Shown here one piece after another: positions 36,685-37,461 of a DNA stretch of 37,461 nucleotides. This DNA is from Parcubacteria group bacterium LiPW_41 (GTDB lineage: Bacteria > Patescibacteriota > Minisyncoccia > UBA6257 > GWB1-50-10), in assembly GCA_007375535.1 (NCBI GenBank), contig VMEM01000001.1, positions 1 through 37,461 of the forward strand, given 5' to 3'. The notes beneath the pieces were generated by a model. The model was not told the DNA's origin, did not search any database, and saw only the letters and a list, made by a program, of their open reading frames with translations. Made by a program: the position numbers and the translations under genes. Within the stretch, counting starts at the first letter, position 1. Each line of letters starts with the position of its first letter.

Positions 36685-37461
36685 AGTTGGTGTTTTTATT
36701 ATCAAGAAAATTGATTTCTTTCTCTAACACATCAAGAAGTTCCTTGTCACCAAGATTTGTTATATCAAGCGGAACACACATTGAATCCCTAAGTTCACCA
36801 GTACGTTTTTCGTATATTTCCGATAGTCTAGAAGGAATGTCGCCAGTTTTTAGTGTGACTTCTCCGTTTTTTATTTGCTCAGCAAGAACACTTAAACCCC
36901 TTAAAATTTGATAAGTAAATCCATGAGCAACAAGAACTACTTCCGTTGAAGAATCCAATTTTCCAACTTTTTGCGCCATTTTTTCAACCAACTTTAAAAT
37001 CCTTGAAAGCGACTCAGCATATGTTTCACCACTTGATTTAAAACACTTAGAAAGAAGTGGATATTTAAATTCTCCATTTTCCTGGAGAAGTGGATCTCCA
37101 AATTTATAGTGAAGATTTTTATTCGAAGGATTAAGAGATTCCTCATAAAAGATGCTTGAAGCAATTTTCAAACCCTCAAAAAAAGAGCCAGATGTGTAAT
37201 CCTCCGGTAAAATCAATTCTCCTTGATCAGGGGCACGCAACCCTTCGTCAGAGGAGTACCTGATTTTTATTTTTTCCCCCAAACGTCTTTTCAGCTCACC
37301 TCCAACTAAATGTGCAGTCTCTATTGCCCGAATTTTTGATGAAGAAATAAGCAAAACTGCCCCTTTATCCGCTTTTTCAATTCTAGACACTATCGCATCG
37401 ACGATCTTTTCCAGATCATTTCTATTCTTTTCGTTTTCAATAAGCGGAGCGTCTCTCCCAT
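36683..37461 (-). CDS. Histidine phosphatase (phosphoglycerate mutase-like) superfamily protein; partial, start outside window
   Basis: Frame is open to the window end (GRDAPL...); SSSKIRAIETA, SGET, VVLVAHG motifs. The N-terminal RHG motif is not visible. Confidence 0.7.
   Translation of the reverse strand, partial: GRDAPLIENEKNRNDLEKIVDAIVSRIEKADKGAVLLISSSKIRAIETAHLVGGELKRRLGEKIKIRYSSDEGLRAPDQGELILPEDYTSGSFFEGLKIASSIFYEESLNPSNKNLHYKFGDPLLQENGEFKYPLLSKCFKSSGETYAESLSRILKLVEKMAQKVGKLDSSTEVVLVAHGFTYQILRGLSVLAEQIKNGEVTLKTGDIPSRLSEIYEKRTGELRDSMCVPLDITNLGDKELLDVLEKEINFLDNKNTN

Overview
AT-rich bacterial chromosomal window. Gene content and organisation fit a reduced Patescibacteria/CPR (Parcubacteria-like) genome; this is an inference from the secretin-less type IV pilus cluster, shortened PheT and RF1, and CPR-style surface proteins. 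Housekeeping genes: partial prfA (missed by the ORF track), a Nudix hydrolase, eno, recG, pheT/pheS, gatC/gatA, rplY and ligA. There are three tRNA genes (initiator-like Met, a second CAU tRNA, Asp-GUC), NlpC/P60, C39-like and lytic-transglycosylase genes, a pilM-N-O-B-T-C/pilin/pilD cluster with comF, two large surface proteins and a short accessory block. The most unusual signals are non-coding. (1) All three tRNAs are followed by a 144-187 bp structured mini-element bracketed by an antisense and a direct copy of that tRNA's own 3' end, with compensatory covariation between two copies. (2) A 71-76 bp hairpin repeat occurs in 1, 2 and about 4.5 tandem copies exactly at the extended -10 box of three leaderless-type promoters for pilus/surface genes. 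Other points of interest: an N-terminally truncated RF1, pervasive leaderless promoter geometry, a divergent initiator tRNA, and a T9SS-sorting-domain protein that looks horizontally acquired. All calls are by eye; no searches were run.
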